Source: Bacteroidota bacterium (GTDB taxonomy: Bacteria > Bacteroidota > Bacteroidia > B-17B0 > Aurantibacillaceae). From it: a stretch of 64,000 nt of DNA. Under the pieces are notes generated by a model. The model had not been told where the DNA came from, did no database searches, and saw nothing but the letters and a program-made list of their open reading frames with translations. The stretch is from assembly GCA_013816615.1 (NCBI GenBank), contig JACDED010000004.1, positions 6,861-70,860 on the forward strand, given 5' to 3'. Position numbers and translations under genes: made by a program. Below are positions 1 to 9,669 of this stretch, piece after piece. Position 1 is the stretch's first letter. Each line of letters begins with the position of its first letter.

Positions 1-2249
1 ACCACTGCTATTATTATCATGTTTACTATTTCACGTACACTGCTTCCTAATTGTAAAACATGTACGGGTTTGTTCAATCCCATTAGTACCGGGCCAATGG
101 CTTCGGCACCACCCAACTCCTGCAATAATTTATAAGCAATATTGCCGGCAGCTAAATTTGGAAAAATAAATGTATTCACATCTTTATCTACCAAATGGCT
201 AAATGGAAATTGTTCTTTTAATAAATTATTGTTTGAAGCAAAGTTGGCTTGTATATCACCATCCACTATCATTCCCGGATAATTTTTATGCAATATGGCT
301 GCTGCATCACTTACTTTTTTTGGCGTTTCGCCTTCGGCAGAACCAAAATTAGAGTATGATAAAAGAGCGATACGCGGAACGATATTAAATTGTTTAACTG
401 TATTTGCGGTAAGTACAGCAATATCCGCCAGCTCCTGAGCTGTAGGATTTGCATTCATGGTGGTATCAGCAAAAAAGTAAGGGCCTTTTTTTGTTACCAT
501 GATGTAAAGGCCGGCAACCTTGCTAACACCGGGTTGTACGCCAATGATCTCTAATGCAGGTTTTATTGGTGTACCATATTTTTTTGTTAAGCCCGAGATC
601 ATAGCATCGGCCATGCCCAGCTCAACCATCATAGCACCAAAATAATTACGATCGCGCATTAATTTACGCGCATCGTATTGTGTTAAACCACGGCGTTGAC
701 GCTTCTTCCAAAGCATATCACCAAATTCTGTACGCTTATCTTCTTCACCTGCCAACCATGGATCAATAATTGGTGTATCACCAAGATCTAATTGATATTC
801 TTCAATTAATTTGTCGATTTTTTCTTTGTTGCCTAATAAAATTGGTTTTGCTATACCTTCATCCCTGGCAACCTGCGCGGCTTTCAGCACTTTATAATTA
901 TCGGCCTCAGTAAACACAACGCGTTTTGGGTTGCTCTTGGCTTTGTTAGCCAGGCTACGCATTAACTTATTATCTTTTCCTAAACGGTTATCCAATTCTG
1001 CACGGTAAGCATCCCAATCCGTTATCTTGCGTTGCGCTACACCACTATCAATAGCGGCTTTTGCCACTGCCGAAGATACAACCGAAATTAAACGGCTATC
1101 AATTGGTTTTGGTATTATATACTCTTCGCCAAAGCTTAAATTTTTAGAACCATAAGCAAGGTTTACATAATCCGGCACCGGCTCTTTTGCAAGAGAAGCA
1201 ATAGCTAATGATGCCGCTAATTTCATTTCTTCGTTAATGGTTGTTGCACGAACATCCATAGCGCCACGGAAAATAAAAGGGAAACCTAATACGTTGTTAA
1301 CTTGGTTAGGATGATCACTGCGGCCTGTAGCCATAATAATGTCGGGCCTTGCAGCAATAGCTTCATCATAAGAAATTTCAGGAGTTGGATTAGCGAGTGC
1401 AAAAACAATACAGTTTTTTGCCATGCTTTTTACCATGTCCTGAGTTAAAATATTTCCCTTTGATAGGCCAACAAATACGTCTGCCCCTTTGATAGCCTCG
1501 GCCAATGTATTTACTTTTACATTATCAGAAGCAAAAAACGCTTTGTATTGATCAAGATCTGTTCTTGATTTATTGATAACACCTTTGCTATCAAGCATTA
1601 AAATATTTTCTTTTTTTACACCAACAGCAATGTACATTTTTGCACATGAGTTGGCAGAGGCACCGGCACCATTGATAACCAGTTTTATGTCCTTCATTTT
1701 TTTCTTAGAGATCTCAACGGCGTTTAATAATCCGGCAGCACTGATAATAGCAGTGCCATGCTGATCATCATGCATCAAAGGAATATTTAAAACTTCTTTT
1801 AAACGACGCTCTATTTCAAAACACTCAGGGGCTTTAATGTCTTCTAAATTTATTCCGCCAAAAGTTGGCGCAATATTTTTTACGGTATTAACAAATTCAT
1901 CAATGTTTTTTGTATCTACTTCAATATCAAATACATCTATATCAGCAAAAATCTTAAATAATAAACCTTTTCCTTCCATAACCGGCTTAGATGCAAGGGC
2001 GCCAATATCACCAAGGCCAAGAACCGCAGTACCATTAGAAATAACAGCTACCAGGTTACCCTTTGCAGTATATTTATAGGCGTCTTCAGGATTTTTTTCA
2101 ATCTCAAGGCAGGGCTCAGCAACACCGGGAGAGTAGGCTAAAGTAAGGTCACGTTGCGTGCTGTAAGGCTTTGTTGGAATTACCTCGATCTTGCCGGGAC
2201 GGCCTTGTGAGTGATAATCCAAGGCATCTTCTCTTCTAAATTTTGCCAT
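1..2249 (-). CDS. maeB: NADP-dependent malic enzyme (malic enzyme domain + phosphotransacetylase-like domain); C-terminus runs off the window
   Basis: The minus-strand frame is open from the window edge to the ATG at 2247-2249. The N-terminus reads [28 protein letters not shown] and the last in-window residues read ...[13 protein letters not shown], which fits two-domain MaeB proteins of about 760 aa. It is absent from the ORF track because its stop lies outside the window. Confidence 0.9.
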   Translation of the reverse strand, partial: MAKFRREDALDYHSQGRPGKIEVIPTKPYSTQRDLTLAYSPGVAEPCLEIEKNPEDAYKYTAKGNLVAVISNGTAVLGLGDIGALASKPVMEGKGLLFKIFADIDVFDIEVDTKNIDEFVNTVKNIAPTFGGINLEDIKAPECFEIERRLKEVLNIPLMHDDQHGTAIISAAGLLNAVEISKKKMKDIKLVINGAGASANSCAKMYIAVGVKKENILMLDSKGVINKSRTDLDQYKAFFASDNVKVNTLAEAIKGADVFVGLSKGNILTQDMVKSMAKNCIVFALANPTPEISYDEAIAARPDIIMATGRSDHPNQVNNVLGFPFIFRGAMDVRATTINEEMKLAASLAIASLAKEPVPDYVNLAYGSKNLSFGEEYIIPKPIDSRLISVVSSAVAKAAIDSGVAQRKITDWDAYRAELDNRLGKDNKLMRSLANKAKSNPKRVVFTEADNYKVLKAAQVARDEGIAKPILLGNKEKIDKLIEEYQLDLGDTPIIDPWLAGEEDKRTEFGDMLWKKRQRRGLTQYDARKLMRDRNYFGAMMVELGMADAMISGLTKKYGTPIKPALEIIGVQPGVSKVAGLYIMVTKKGPYFFADTTMNANPTAQELADIAVLTANTVKQFNIVPRIALLSYSNFGSAEGETPKKVSDAAAILHKNYPGMIVDGDIQANFASNNNLLKEQFPFSHLVDKDVNTFIFPNLAAGNIAYKLLQELGGAEAIGPVLMGLNKPVHVLQLGSSVREIVNMIIIAV

Positions 2250-2391
2250 AGTTTTTTAATTAAGGATGACGAAGATACTAATAATATTTTACCAAAGAAC
2301 TGGGAAAAACCTATAAAATTGGGGATTTTTTTGATGTTTTTTGATATATAAAAACAGGGCAAAAAAATTTGAAAAATTAAGAACTTATTTT

Positions 2392-2616
2392 GGCGTTGCC
2401 TTCGGCCCGGGCTTCTACGGGGTCCGCTTCGCTACCGTGCTCCACTTCGTTACGCACCAAGCCCTTCGCATCCCTAACGCAGTTTCCGAACTTAGCGTTA
2501 GGGATTGTAACGAAAAGCCCGCAATGTAGCGAAGCAGGACAGTAAGCACGTGGCTTAATGGGCCAGCAGGTGCGAAAGCAGGACTTGAAGTGGAAAGCCC
2601 GGCCGAAGGCAACGCC
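2392..2616. repeat. GC-rich 225-bp element bounded by ~22-nt inverted repeats; candidate structured RNA or MITE/REP-like element
   Basis: GGCGTTGCCTTCGGCCCGGGCTT (2392-2414) is the reverse complement of AAGCCCGGCCGAAGGCAACGCC (2595-2616) apart from one bulged C. There is an internal 9-bp hairpin CCCTAACGC/GCGTTAGGG (2472-2503) and further nested complementarity (TCCACTTC/GAAGTGGA, CGCACC/GGTGCG). The element is visibly GC-rich against AT-rich flanks and lies between two minus-strand genes. Confidence 0.5.
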
Positions 2617-2653
2617 CAAAAATTTATAGAATCCCTTTTGAGAAAATTATTCT

Positions 2654-2872
2654 TTACAAAAACCGAAATTCTTTCCAACTGTGTTTACACTTTTCGCATT
2701 CGTAAACATCATCTACTTCGGTATGCATTAAATGATAATTTTCAAGGCTTCCCTCTATCAAAATTCTTTCTATCCAAAGTAGTTCGGTGTGCCTGCATTT
2801 GGGACATTGGCCTAAAACCCTTTTGTTTATAATATCCCGCTCGGGTATAAAACCTTCATCTGGCTCGGCCAT
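2654..2872 (-). CDS. small zinc-ribbon protein (two CxxC pairs), hypothetical
   Basis: 72-aa ORF with CPKC...CEKC. Its start lies 2 nt after the stop of the upstream kinase gene on the same strand. Confidence 0.55.
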   Translation of the reverse strand: MAEPDEGFIPERDIINKRVLGQCPKCRHTELLWIERILIEGSLENYHLMHTEVDDVYECEKCKHSWKEFRFL

Positions 2873-2874
2873 GT

Positions 2875-5800
2875 TTATGCTTTTAAAAATTCAAGATAAA
2901 AAGTAGTGCCTTTGTTTATTTCTGAATCAAACCACACCTTGCCATTAAAGCCCTGCATAATGTTTTTTACCATGGCCAATCCTAAACCGGAGCCCGTATT
3001 TTTAGTAGTAAAATTGGGTGTAAATAATTTTTGTTTCATCTCAGCGCCTATTCCCACACCATTATCAGTAATTAAAATGATGACGGATGTATCATTTTCG
3101 TTCATACTAATCTCAATTTTCGGAGACTCTCTTTCATCCAAAGCCTGAACTGCATTTTTTAAAATATTATTGAATACACGCAACGCCTGATCTTTATCAC
3201 CCAACACCTGTATTTCGTTTTTTGAAATGTGATTTACGATTGAAATATTTTTATGATTCTCAAAAGTTAATTCAGAAGTTTTAATGATCTCAAAAAGATT
3301 AATAGTTTGCAAATTTGTTTTCGGGAATTTTGCAAAACTGCTAAACTCATTGGCAATAGTGGCAAGCGAGTCTATCTGTTCAATTATTCCCGCGCTCGCT
3401 TTTTCGAATTTTTCTTTAAAATCATCCGGGTTATTTTTCATTAAATGTTGCAGGTATTGCAAATTTAATTTCATTGGCGTTAACGGATTTTTTATTTCAT
3501 GCGCCACTTGTTTGGCCATTTCGCGCCATGCACTTTCACGCTCACTTTGCGCTAAAAGATTAGCGCTTTCTTCTAATTTTACAAGCATTTGATTGTACTC
3601 GCTTACTAATTTTCCTATCTCATCATTACTTTGCCATTTAATTTTTTCATTCTGTTTTCCTAAAGTAATATTGGCAATTTGTTGTTTAATTAATTGCAAC
3701 GGGCGGGTAATATATCCGGCTAAAATTAAACCTGATAGAATACTAATTACAAATAAAATTACATACACATTTATAAATGCGCTAATAATGCCCGAAAGCT
3801 CATTTACAAGATCGGCCTGCTTAGCGTAATAAGGTAAATTCACAAAGCCAATAAGCTCTTTTTTGGTATTGAATAATGGTGTGTATAACGATAAATAATT
3901 TAATTCGCCTGCCTTCTCACTCACACTTGTTGCAGAGGTTCTGTTCTCTTTAAGATCGGCATAAGCCTGCGGATTTACTAATGATGCGGCTAAACCAAGC
4001 TCATATAAACGCGGCTCGCTTGTATGAAACAGCCTTCCTTTTTTACCAAACAAACTTATATCTGTACTAAATAAATGTGCGTATTCTTTTAATTTTAAAT
4101 TCACCAATTCCTTTTGGGTTGGATCAAACATTTCTGATGGCGTAAATTGTGTTGCCAGCTCATTAATAATTGTTTGCGTTTTTTCCTGCAATTGTTTAAC
4201 ATTATCAGCCTCAAACTGGTTAGATACAAGCGTGGCTGAAGTCACACCCACAGCGGAAATGGCAAGAAGAAGCAAAATAATAATAATGGCCTGGATACGA
4301 CGCGTGAACGATGAGGATTTGAAACGCGAAGTGAAGATCAAACCGTAAATAAAATAACTGCAATAACTTATAAAAGAGAAAAATAAAAATAAATAAGAGT
4401 TGTATGTAAAGTAATAATTGCCGTTCTTCTTTTTTTGACTGATGATAATTTGTGTTTCTTCATCGGGATCAAAAAAGTAATGTACGTAATCAGGATTTGT
4501 TTTTGTAAGCGCTAATGAATCGCTGCCAAAATATGGATAATTAAATTCGCCATAGCGGCTGGATATTTGCCCCGAGCGGTATACAGCGTGACTGAACTTT
4601 TTTAATTTATCAGGTTTTTGTTGCGATTGATCCAATAAAAGATCCGGAAAACTTCCTAACTCTTCAAACTGTTTTGGTTCTAAACGCACATATAAATTTT
4701 TTGTGTTTAACGGGATCTTTCCAATATATCTAGAATTTTTTTTATACCTTGCAATGAAAAAGAAATTTTTTGAAACAGAATCTGTTTCTTCATATTTTAC
4801 CTGGTCATCAAAAAAACCTTCATTTAAAAGTACCGGATCCTTGGTAGGTAATAAGGGCTTGCAATCCTTATCAAATAAAGAAACTTCAACATTATAACGG
4901 TTAAAATAACCACCAAAATATTTTTGTTTTAATAACTGTTCAACTTCTTTTTCGCTGTTTGGCAAAAAGTCTAAAAGCACTTTTAATTTTTCATCATTAA
5001 TGATCTTATCCGGTACACTCGTAAATTCACTTTCAAGAATAGCATCTTTACGTTCACTTAAATTAAACGATAATAAACGAAGATCGGATCTTTGATTTTG
5101 ACTGATATAAAAGTTAAAGAATAAAGAAGTGATAATTGACATGATAAGGATCTGCAAGCCCAGCCCCAATGAGTTTTTCGAGAAACCCGCACGGGTTAAT
5201 ACAAACATTGGCAAAGCAAAAAGCATCAGCCAATAATTTTCAAAAATGTTTGTATAATTAAATATTATTTGAATAAAAAAACAAATAATAAAAATAGTTC
5301 CACTGAATAAAAGCAGGTTTTGAACATATTTTCCTGAAAAAAAAACAAGAAGCCGATGAATAAAAACAAACAGCGCAAGACAATAAAAACTCAAAGCAAA
5401 TAATGCAATAAATGCCGGGAATTTAATGCTGAAAATGCTTAAAAAGTCGAAATTTAATATTGAATTGCTCACTAAGCTTTTTACGCCGTTATTAAATTGA
5501 ACGGCTACAAAGCCAATGGCAATGCACAAAGCAAGGATCCGGAAATAATTTAAAATTTTATTCTCTGTTCTTCTGATCTTAAAATTAAAAAGTACTGCAA
5601 CAAATAATAAAAGAATGGCGTTAAATAAAATATCGCCGAGGTATGAATTAATTAGTGAATCGGCATTACCAAATAATTGCACATCATATAAAACACTTCT
5701 GTAAAAAAATTCAGGCCATTTTAACCAGATCATTAGTGCTCTAAAAGCCAGGATAGCAGCAAGCCAAACAAATAACCGTACACCTTGTGCTTTTTCTTTT

Positions 5801-6468
5801 ACAGCCAATAAACTACAGATCAAAAGCAAAATAAATCCTGCTAAAAATAACGTAAAACAAATATTGCTTACCGCGCCTGAATGATATATTGGCTCATTCC
5901 CTGAAAGATAAAACAGGGTCTGATCGTTTAAAATTACCGCGCTTTGTTTAGTACCTTTATTAGAAATACCGAGCTCTTTGGGGATATCTGTCCAATTGCT
6001 AAAATTATTTTTTAAGTAATTATTTTGCAGGTCGTAATTAGGTTTTATCAAACATAAGGCAAGACCAAAAGTATTTTCTTTTTTAACTTTAAAATACAGA
6101 TAATACCCTTGTTTTAAAGTAGCAATACCAAACTCTTTTTCGAACATTTTGCTTTGATACAAAAGCGGCATTTGAGCATTATTCCAGTAAAACAGGCTAT
6201 CGTTATTAAAATAATAAATACCAATGTTTTCTTCTTTAAAAAGATTCTCAAAATCAGACCTGTGTTTACTGATGCTATCGTTTAATAACAGATCGAGCGC
6301 TTGTTTTGAGAGCGCTTGTTTTGTATTTATTTTTTCCTGAGCATTAACTGCTATCTGGTTAACAGAATATGAAAACCGATTGTTTATTACAATGGCCCCC
6401 AGCATTAAAATAACGCTGAACATCAAGAGGATGTAATAAATTTTGCCTTTTTGCATTAACCATAGCAA
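2875..6468 (-). CDS. large multi-pass membrane sensor histidine kinase
   Basis: 1197-aa ORF with a long polytopic N-terminal region. It has the H-box HEIKNPLTPM, then the ATPase motifs DNGVGI and GSGLGLA at the C-terminus. The true start may be the nearby internal Met (MQKGK...). Confidence 0.85.
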   Translation of the reverse strand: MLWLMQKGKIYYILLMFSVILMLGAIVINNRFSYSVNQIAVNAQEKINTKQALSKQALDLLLNDSISKHRSDFENLFKEENIGIYYFNNDSLFYWNNAQMPLLYQSKMFEKEFGIATLKQGYYLYFKVKKENTFGLALCLIKPNYDLQNNYLKNNFSNWTDIPKELGISNKGTKQSAVILNDQTLFYLSGNEPIYHSGAVSNICFTLFLAGFILLLICSLLAVKEKAQGVRLFVWLAAILAFRALMIWLKWPEFFYRSVLYDVQLFGNADSLINSYLGDILFNAILLLFVAVLFNFKIRRTENKILNYFRILALCIAIGFVAVQFNNGVKSLVSNSILNFDFLSIFSIKFPAFIALFALSFYCLALFVFIHRLLVFFSGKYVQNLLLFSGTIFIICFFIQIIFNYTNIFENYWLMLFALPMFVLTRAGFSKNSLGLGLQILIMSIITSLFFNFYISQNQRSDLRLLSFNLSERKDAILESEFTSVPDKIINDEKLKVLLDFLPNSEKEVEQLLKQKYFGGYFNRYNVEVSLFDKDCKPLLPTKDPVLLNEGFFDDQVKYEETDSVSKNFFFIARYKKNSRYIGKIPLNTKNLYVRLEPKQFEELGSFPDLLLDQSQQKPDKLKKFSHAVYRSGQISSRYGEFNYPYFGSDSLALTKTNPDYVHYFFDPDEETQIIISQKKKNGNYYFTYNSYLFLFFSFISYCSYFIYGLIFTSRFKSSSFTRRIQAIIIILLLLAISAVGVTSATLVSNQFEADNVKQLQEKTQTIINELATQFTPSEMFDPTQKELVNLKLKEYAHLFSTDISLFGKKGRLFHTSEPRLYELGLAASLVNPQAYADLKENRTSATSVSEKAGELNYLSLYTPLFNTKKELIGFVNLPYYAKQADLVNELSGIISAFINVYVILFVISILSGLILAGYITRPLQLIKQQIANITLGKQNEKIKWQSNDEIGKLVSEYNQMLVKLEESANLLAQSERESAWREMAKQVAHEIKNPLTPMKLNLQYLQHLMKNNPDDFKEKFEKASAGIIEQIDSLATIANEFSSFAKFPKTNLQTINLFEIIKTSELTFENHKNISIVNHISKNEIQVLGDKDQALRVFNNILKNAVQALDERESPKIEISMNENDTSVIILITDNGVGIGAEMKQKLFTPNFTTKNTGSGLGLAMVKNIMQGFNGKVWFDSEINKGTTFYLEFLKA

Positions 6469-6559
6469 AATAGTAAAAAAACGGTTATCCTATTACATTT
6501 TTATATTTTTTTTGCAATCAATTTGCGTTTATATTTGTATTTTGCAGATATTTTTAATT

Positions 6560-9268
6560 ATGGCACAACCAAGCAAGCAACCTACTTTTCCGGAGTTAAC
6601 TCAAACTTTTAAGTATTTTACTTTTTTAACCCACAAATTGGCAATGCTCATCATTGGCATTGTAGGTTTTACATTTTATATTACTTCAATTAATGGTGAA
6701 TATGCATTGGATGATGGGATCATTATTCATCAAAATGATCACGTAATTAAAGGCATACGCGGCATTCCTGGCATCTTAACAAAAGATGCCTACGAAAGTT
6801 TTTACCGTAGAATGTGTGCTACCGATCAGTTAGCTGGTGGTCGTTACCGTCCGCTTTCTGTTGTGAGTTTTGCTGTTGAACAAGAAATTATCGGGTCATA
6901 CCGAACGGGTTTATATTTGAAAGTTGAAGACTCAAATAAAAATGGGGTACTCGATAAAGATCTTGTAAATTTTACTTCGCCTTGTGGCAGACCTGAAACC
7001 AATTATGAATACAACGATTTTGTTGATCTTAATAATGATGGTGTTGCTCAACAAAACGAGTGTTACAATTGCTGGGATCTTGATAAAGATTTTAAAAATG
7101 ATTCGGATGAAGACTTAAACGTTGATGGTGTATTTAACGAAGTTGATTGCCAGGTATACGGTGCAAACGTACGTCACTTTAATAACATCTGGACATTTGC
7201 ATTAGGTTGCGTGTTCTTATACTTGGTTTTCTCACGTTATTTTTTCCGCAACAACCAGGATCTTGCTTTTTTAGCAGCGTTGTTATTTACTATGCACCCA
7301 ATTCACTCTGAAGCCATCGCCAACGTAAAAAGTCGTGATGAGATCTTTTCACTTATTTTCCTTTCACTCACATTCCTCTATTCATTTAAATATCTCGAAT
7401 CAAAAAAGATCTGGGATCTTATATGGGCATCACTCATGTTTTTATTAGCACTACTTTCAAAAGAGTATGCTATTATGCTCCTTATACTTGTGCCTTTAGC
7501 TGTGTATACTTTTACTGAAAATGATGTATACAAACAACACATAAATACAAAACTGGTTTATAAAATTATAGCTGCATTATGCGTTGGTATAATTATGGCT
7601 TTTGTACATAAAGGTATTATCAATTCTATATTTGATGCAGATGGTGGCGGCAGTAAACTTGTTACACGGGGTTTAAGTTTTATACTTTGGGTAGGACTTA
7701 CTTATGCAGCGGTCAATTTTATCGAGAAGTCATCTCGTTTTAGCAGCTTAGGTAAATTCAATTTTAATATTGATGTAAAAGCTATACTTATTATTGCCTT
7801 TGCATTTATTGCTTGTGCAGGATTTATGCTTTTCATAAAATATAAATTTGACACTAAAGTACCCGCTCCTACAATGCCAACAAAAGCATTCTGGGCTTTC
7901 CCATTCCTGTATGTTATTTTTGTTTTCATTGGTATAAGTAAAGCCATGAAAGAAAATAAATTTATCAGCTTAATGACCTGGTTTGCTTTTATTATGTTAT
8001 TTTATCTTGGAATGCGTTTGGTTGCGGTAAAACTTAAACCGGGCGTACCAGATACAGAGATCTTAAACAATCCTTATTTATTAGCGAATGAGCAAGAACG
8101 TTTTTGCACAAAAGGCTTTGTGTTATTAAAATATTTTATACTACAATGTTTCCCTCATCCGTTATCATCAGATTATTCTTATAACACTATTGAATATCGT
8201 CATTTTACAAGTTGGGATTTTATAGTTTCGTTTGTTTTCCATTTAGGATTATTATTTACTGGAATTTTCTTATCCCTTAAACGCCACATTATTGGTTTCT
8301 GTATAATGGTTTATATTTTATTTGCATTACTTATCAGTAACGTGCTAATGGATGTAGGTGCAACTATGGGCGAACGTTTGATCTTCCACTCTAATATCGG
8401 TTTTTGTATTGCCGCAGCGTACTTTATTTTAAAAGGCTTTGATGCATTAGCCACTGTTAGTTTTAATGTTAAGCGTATTGCATTATCATTAATAGTTTTA
8501 GTTGTTGGCTTTTTATTCGGCTGTAAAACATGGGAGCGTAATTACGATTGGAAAAATGACGTTACGCTTTTCCTGAAAGATGTAAACACGATGCCAAACT
8601 CTGTGTTAGTATTAGGTAATGCCGGCGCACGTTGGGTAGATCTTGCTGATACAAAAGAGATCACCGGTGTACAGGTTGTTGGCCAGGATTCTACACGTTA
8701 TAATGATTACAATGGTACATTACATATTAGCGATGAAGAAGTAAAAGAAGGTGGCTATGCATCAAGAAGAGATGCCGCTCTTTATAAAGGTATTGGTTTC
8801 TTAAAACATGCTATCGATTTACATCCGCGTTACGTAAACGGGTATTTAAATCTGGGTTTAGCATACTTTAAATTAAGAAAAGATTTTGAAGCGCTTTATT
8901 ACTGGAAAAATGCAGAGCGTTTATATCCTAACAATCCATACTTAAGAAATTATTACATTGTATATTACAACGACCTTAAAAATCGTGGGGCCACCGCATT
9001 TAACCGAGGCCGCATGGATTCTGCAGCTATTGCTTACAGAAAATGTACTTTATTGGACCCATACAATCCTGAAGGTTGGTATAATTTAGGAGGCGCGTAT
9101 TTTAACAGTCAAAAATATGCTAAAGCTAAAGAATGCTGGGACCGCGCTTTACAGTTAAATCCTAATTACGCTGAAGTTAAACGTGTATTGCCAATGATCA
9201 CACCACAAATGTTAGGCCAGGCGCCTTTAACAAGTGTTGTAGCTCAACCGCAATCAATTAAGAATTAA
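6560..9268 (+). CDS. polytopic membrane protein with C-terminal TPR repeats (TMTC/PMT-like architecture) and an acidic Asp-rich loop insert
   Basis: I take the in-frame ATG at 6560 (MAQPSKQPTF...), because the track start at 6443 would overlap the divergent kinase gene. The protein has many hydrophobic helices, and its C-terminal third shows TPR-like repeats (YLNLGLAYFKLRKDFEALYYWKNAERLYPNNP, GWYNLGGAYFNSQKYAKAKECWDRALQLNPNY). Confidence 0.75.
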   Translation: MAQPSKQPTFPELTQTFKYFTFLTHKLAMLIIGIVGFTFYITSINGEYALDDGIIIHQNDHVIKGIRGIPGILTKDAYESFYRRMCATDQLAGGRYRPLSVVSFAVEQEIIGSYRTGLYLKVEDSNKNGVLDKDLVNFTSPCGRPETNYEYNDFVDLNNDGVAQQNECYNCWDLDKDFKNDSDEDLNVDGVFNEVDCQVYGANVRHFNNIWTFALGCVFLYLVFSRYFFRNNQDLAFLAALLFTMHPIHSEAIANVKSRDEIFSLIFLSLTFLYSFKYLESKKIWDLIWASLMFLLALLSKEYAIMLLILVPLAVYTFTENDVYKQHINTKLVYKIIAALCVGIIMAFVHKGIINSIFDADGGGSKLVTRGLSFILWVGLTYAAVNFIEKSSRFSSLGKFNFNIDVKAILIIAFAFIACAGFMLFIKYKFDTKVPAPTMPTKAFWAFPFLYVIFVFIGISKAMKENKFISLMTWFAFIMLFYLGMRLVAVKLKPGVPDTEILNNPYLLANEQERFCTKGFVLLKYFILQCFPHPLSSDYSYNTIEYRHFTSWDFIVSFVFHLGLLFTGIFLSLKRHIIGFCIMVYILFALLISNVLMDVGATMGERLIFHSNIGFCIAAAYFILKGFDALATVSFNVKRIALSLIVLVVGFLFGCKTWERNYDWKNDVTLFLKDVNTMPNSVLVLGNAGARWVDLADTKEITGVQVVGQDSTRYNDYNGTLHISDEEVKEGGYASRRDAALYKGIGFLKHAIDLHPRYVNGYLNLGLAYFKLRKDFEALYYWKNAERLYPNNPYLRNYYIVYYNDLKNRGATAFNRGRMDSAAIAYRKCTLLDPYNPEGWYNLGGAYFNSQKYAKAKECWDRALQLNPNYAEVKRVLPMITPQMLGQAPLTSVVAQPQSIKN

Positions 9269-9669
9269 TGCGCTGGCTGACAGTAATATTTTTTGTAACA
9301 CTAATTTATTCTGTCAGCTCGCAAACCGTTGTTAATTTAGATACGCTTAAGCTTCCATTACAAACTGAAAATGTTTTTAATAAAGCTTTATTTAGTGATA
9401 GTTTAGCAAGTAGCTTTTGCATAATTATTAAGAACGAAGTAAAGTCACACAAACACCAATATCATAGCGAGCACGTTTATGTAATGGAAGGCGAAGCTCA
9501 AATGCGATTGGGAGAAAAAATATTTAAAATTAAAAAAGGTGACCTTGTATTTATTCCAAAAAATACAATTCATGCTGTTAAAACAACAAGCAAACAACCG
9601 TTAAAGGTTATTAGTATACAAGCGCCGATTTTTGACGGGAAAGACAGAATTATTATAGAAGAAAAATGA
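9268..9669 (+). CDS. secreted cupin-domain protein
   Basis: Signal-peptide-like N-terminus and a cupin core (HKHQYHSEHVYVMEGEAQM...GDLVFIPKNTIHAV). Its start overlaps the upstream stop (TAATG). Confidence 0.75.
   Translation: MRWLTVIFFVTLIYSVSSQTVVNLDTLKLPLQTENVFNKALFSDSLASSFCIIIKNEVKSHKHQYHSEHVYVMEGEAQMRLGEKIFKIKKGDLVFIPKNTIHAVKTTSKQPLKVISIQAPIFDGKDRIIIEEK

Noticed and set aside
2341-2832. Overlapping track ORFs 2341-2529, 2377-2619, 2415-2678 and 2590-2832
   Set aside because: They overlap each other on both strands across the GC-rich inverted-repeat element. Open frames there are a by-product of GC-rich palindromic sequence, and none has protein-like features.
2906-4897. Plus-strand ORFs antisense to the histidine kinase gene (2906-3148, 3284-3592, 3593-3829, 4703-4897), and similar antisense ORFs inside other long genes (e.g. 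7702-7947, 13063-13310, 20867-21202, 27944-28363, 40181-41041, 57369-58124)
   Set aside because: Each is fully embedded in a longer ORF with clear family motifs on the opposite strand. They are typical shadow ORFs of an AT-rich genome.
6443-6559. Track start at 6443 for the TPR membrane protein
   Set aside because: It would overlap the divergent kinase gene's 5' end and add a non-conserved-looking leader. The in-frame ATG at 6560 begins a plausible N-terminus.
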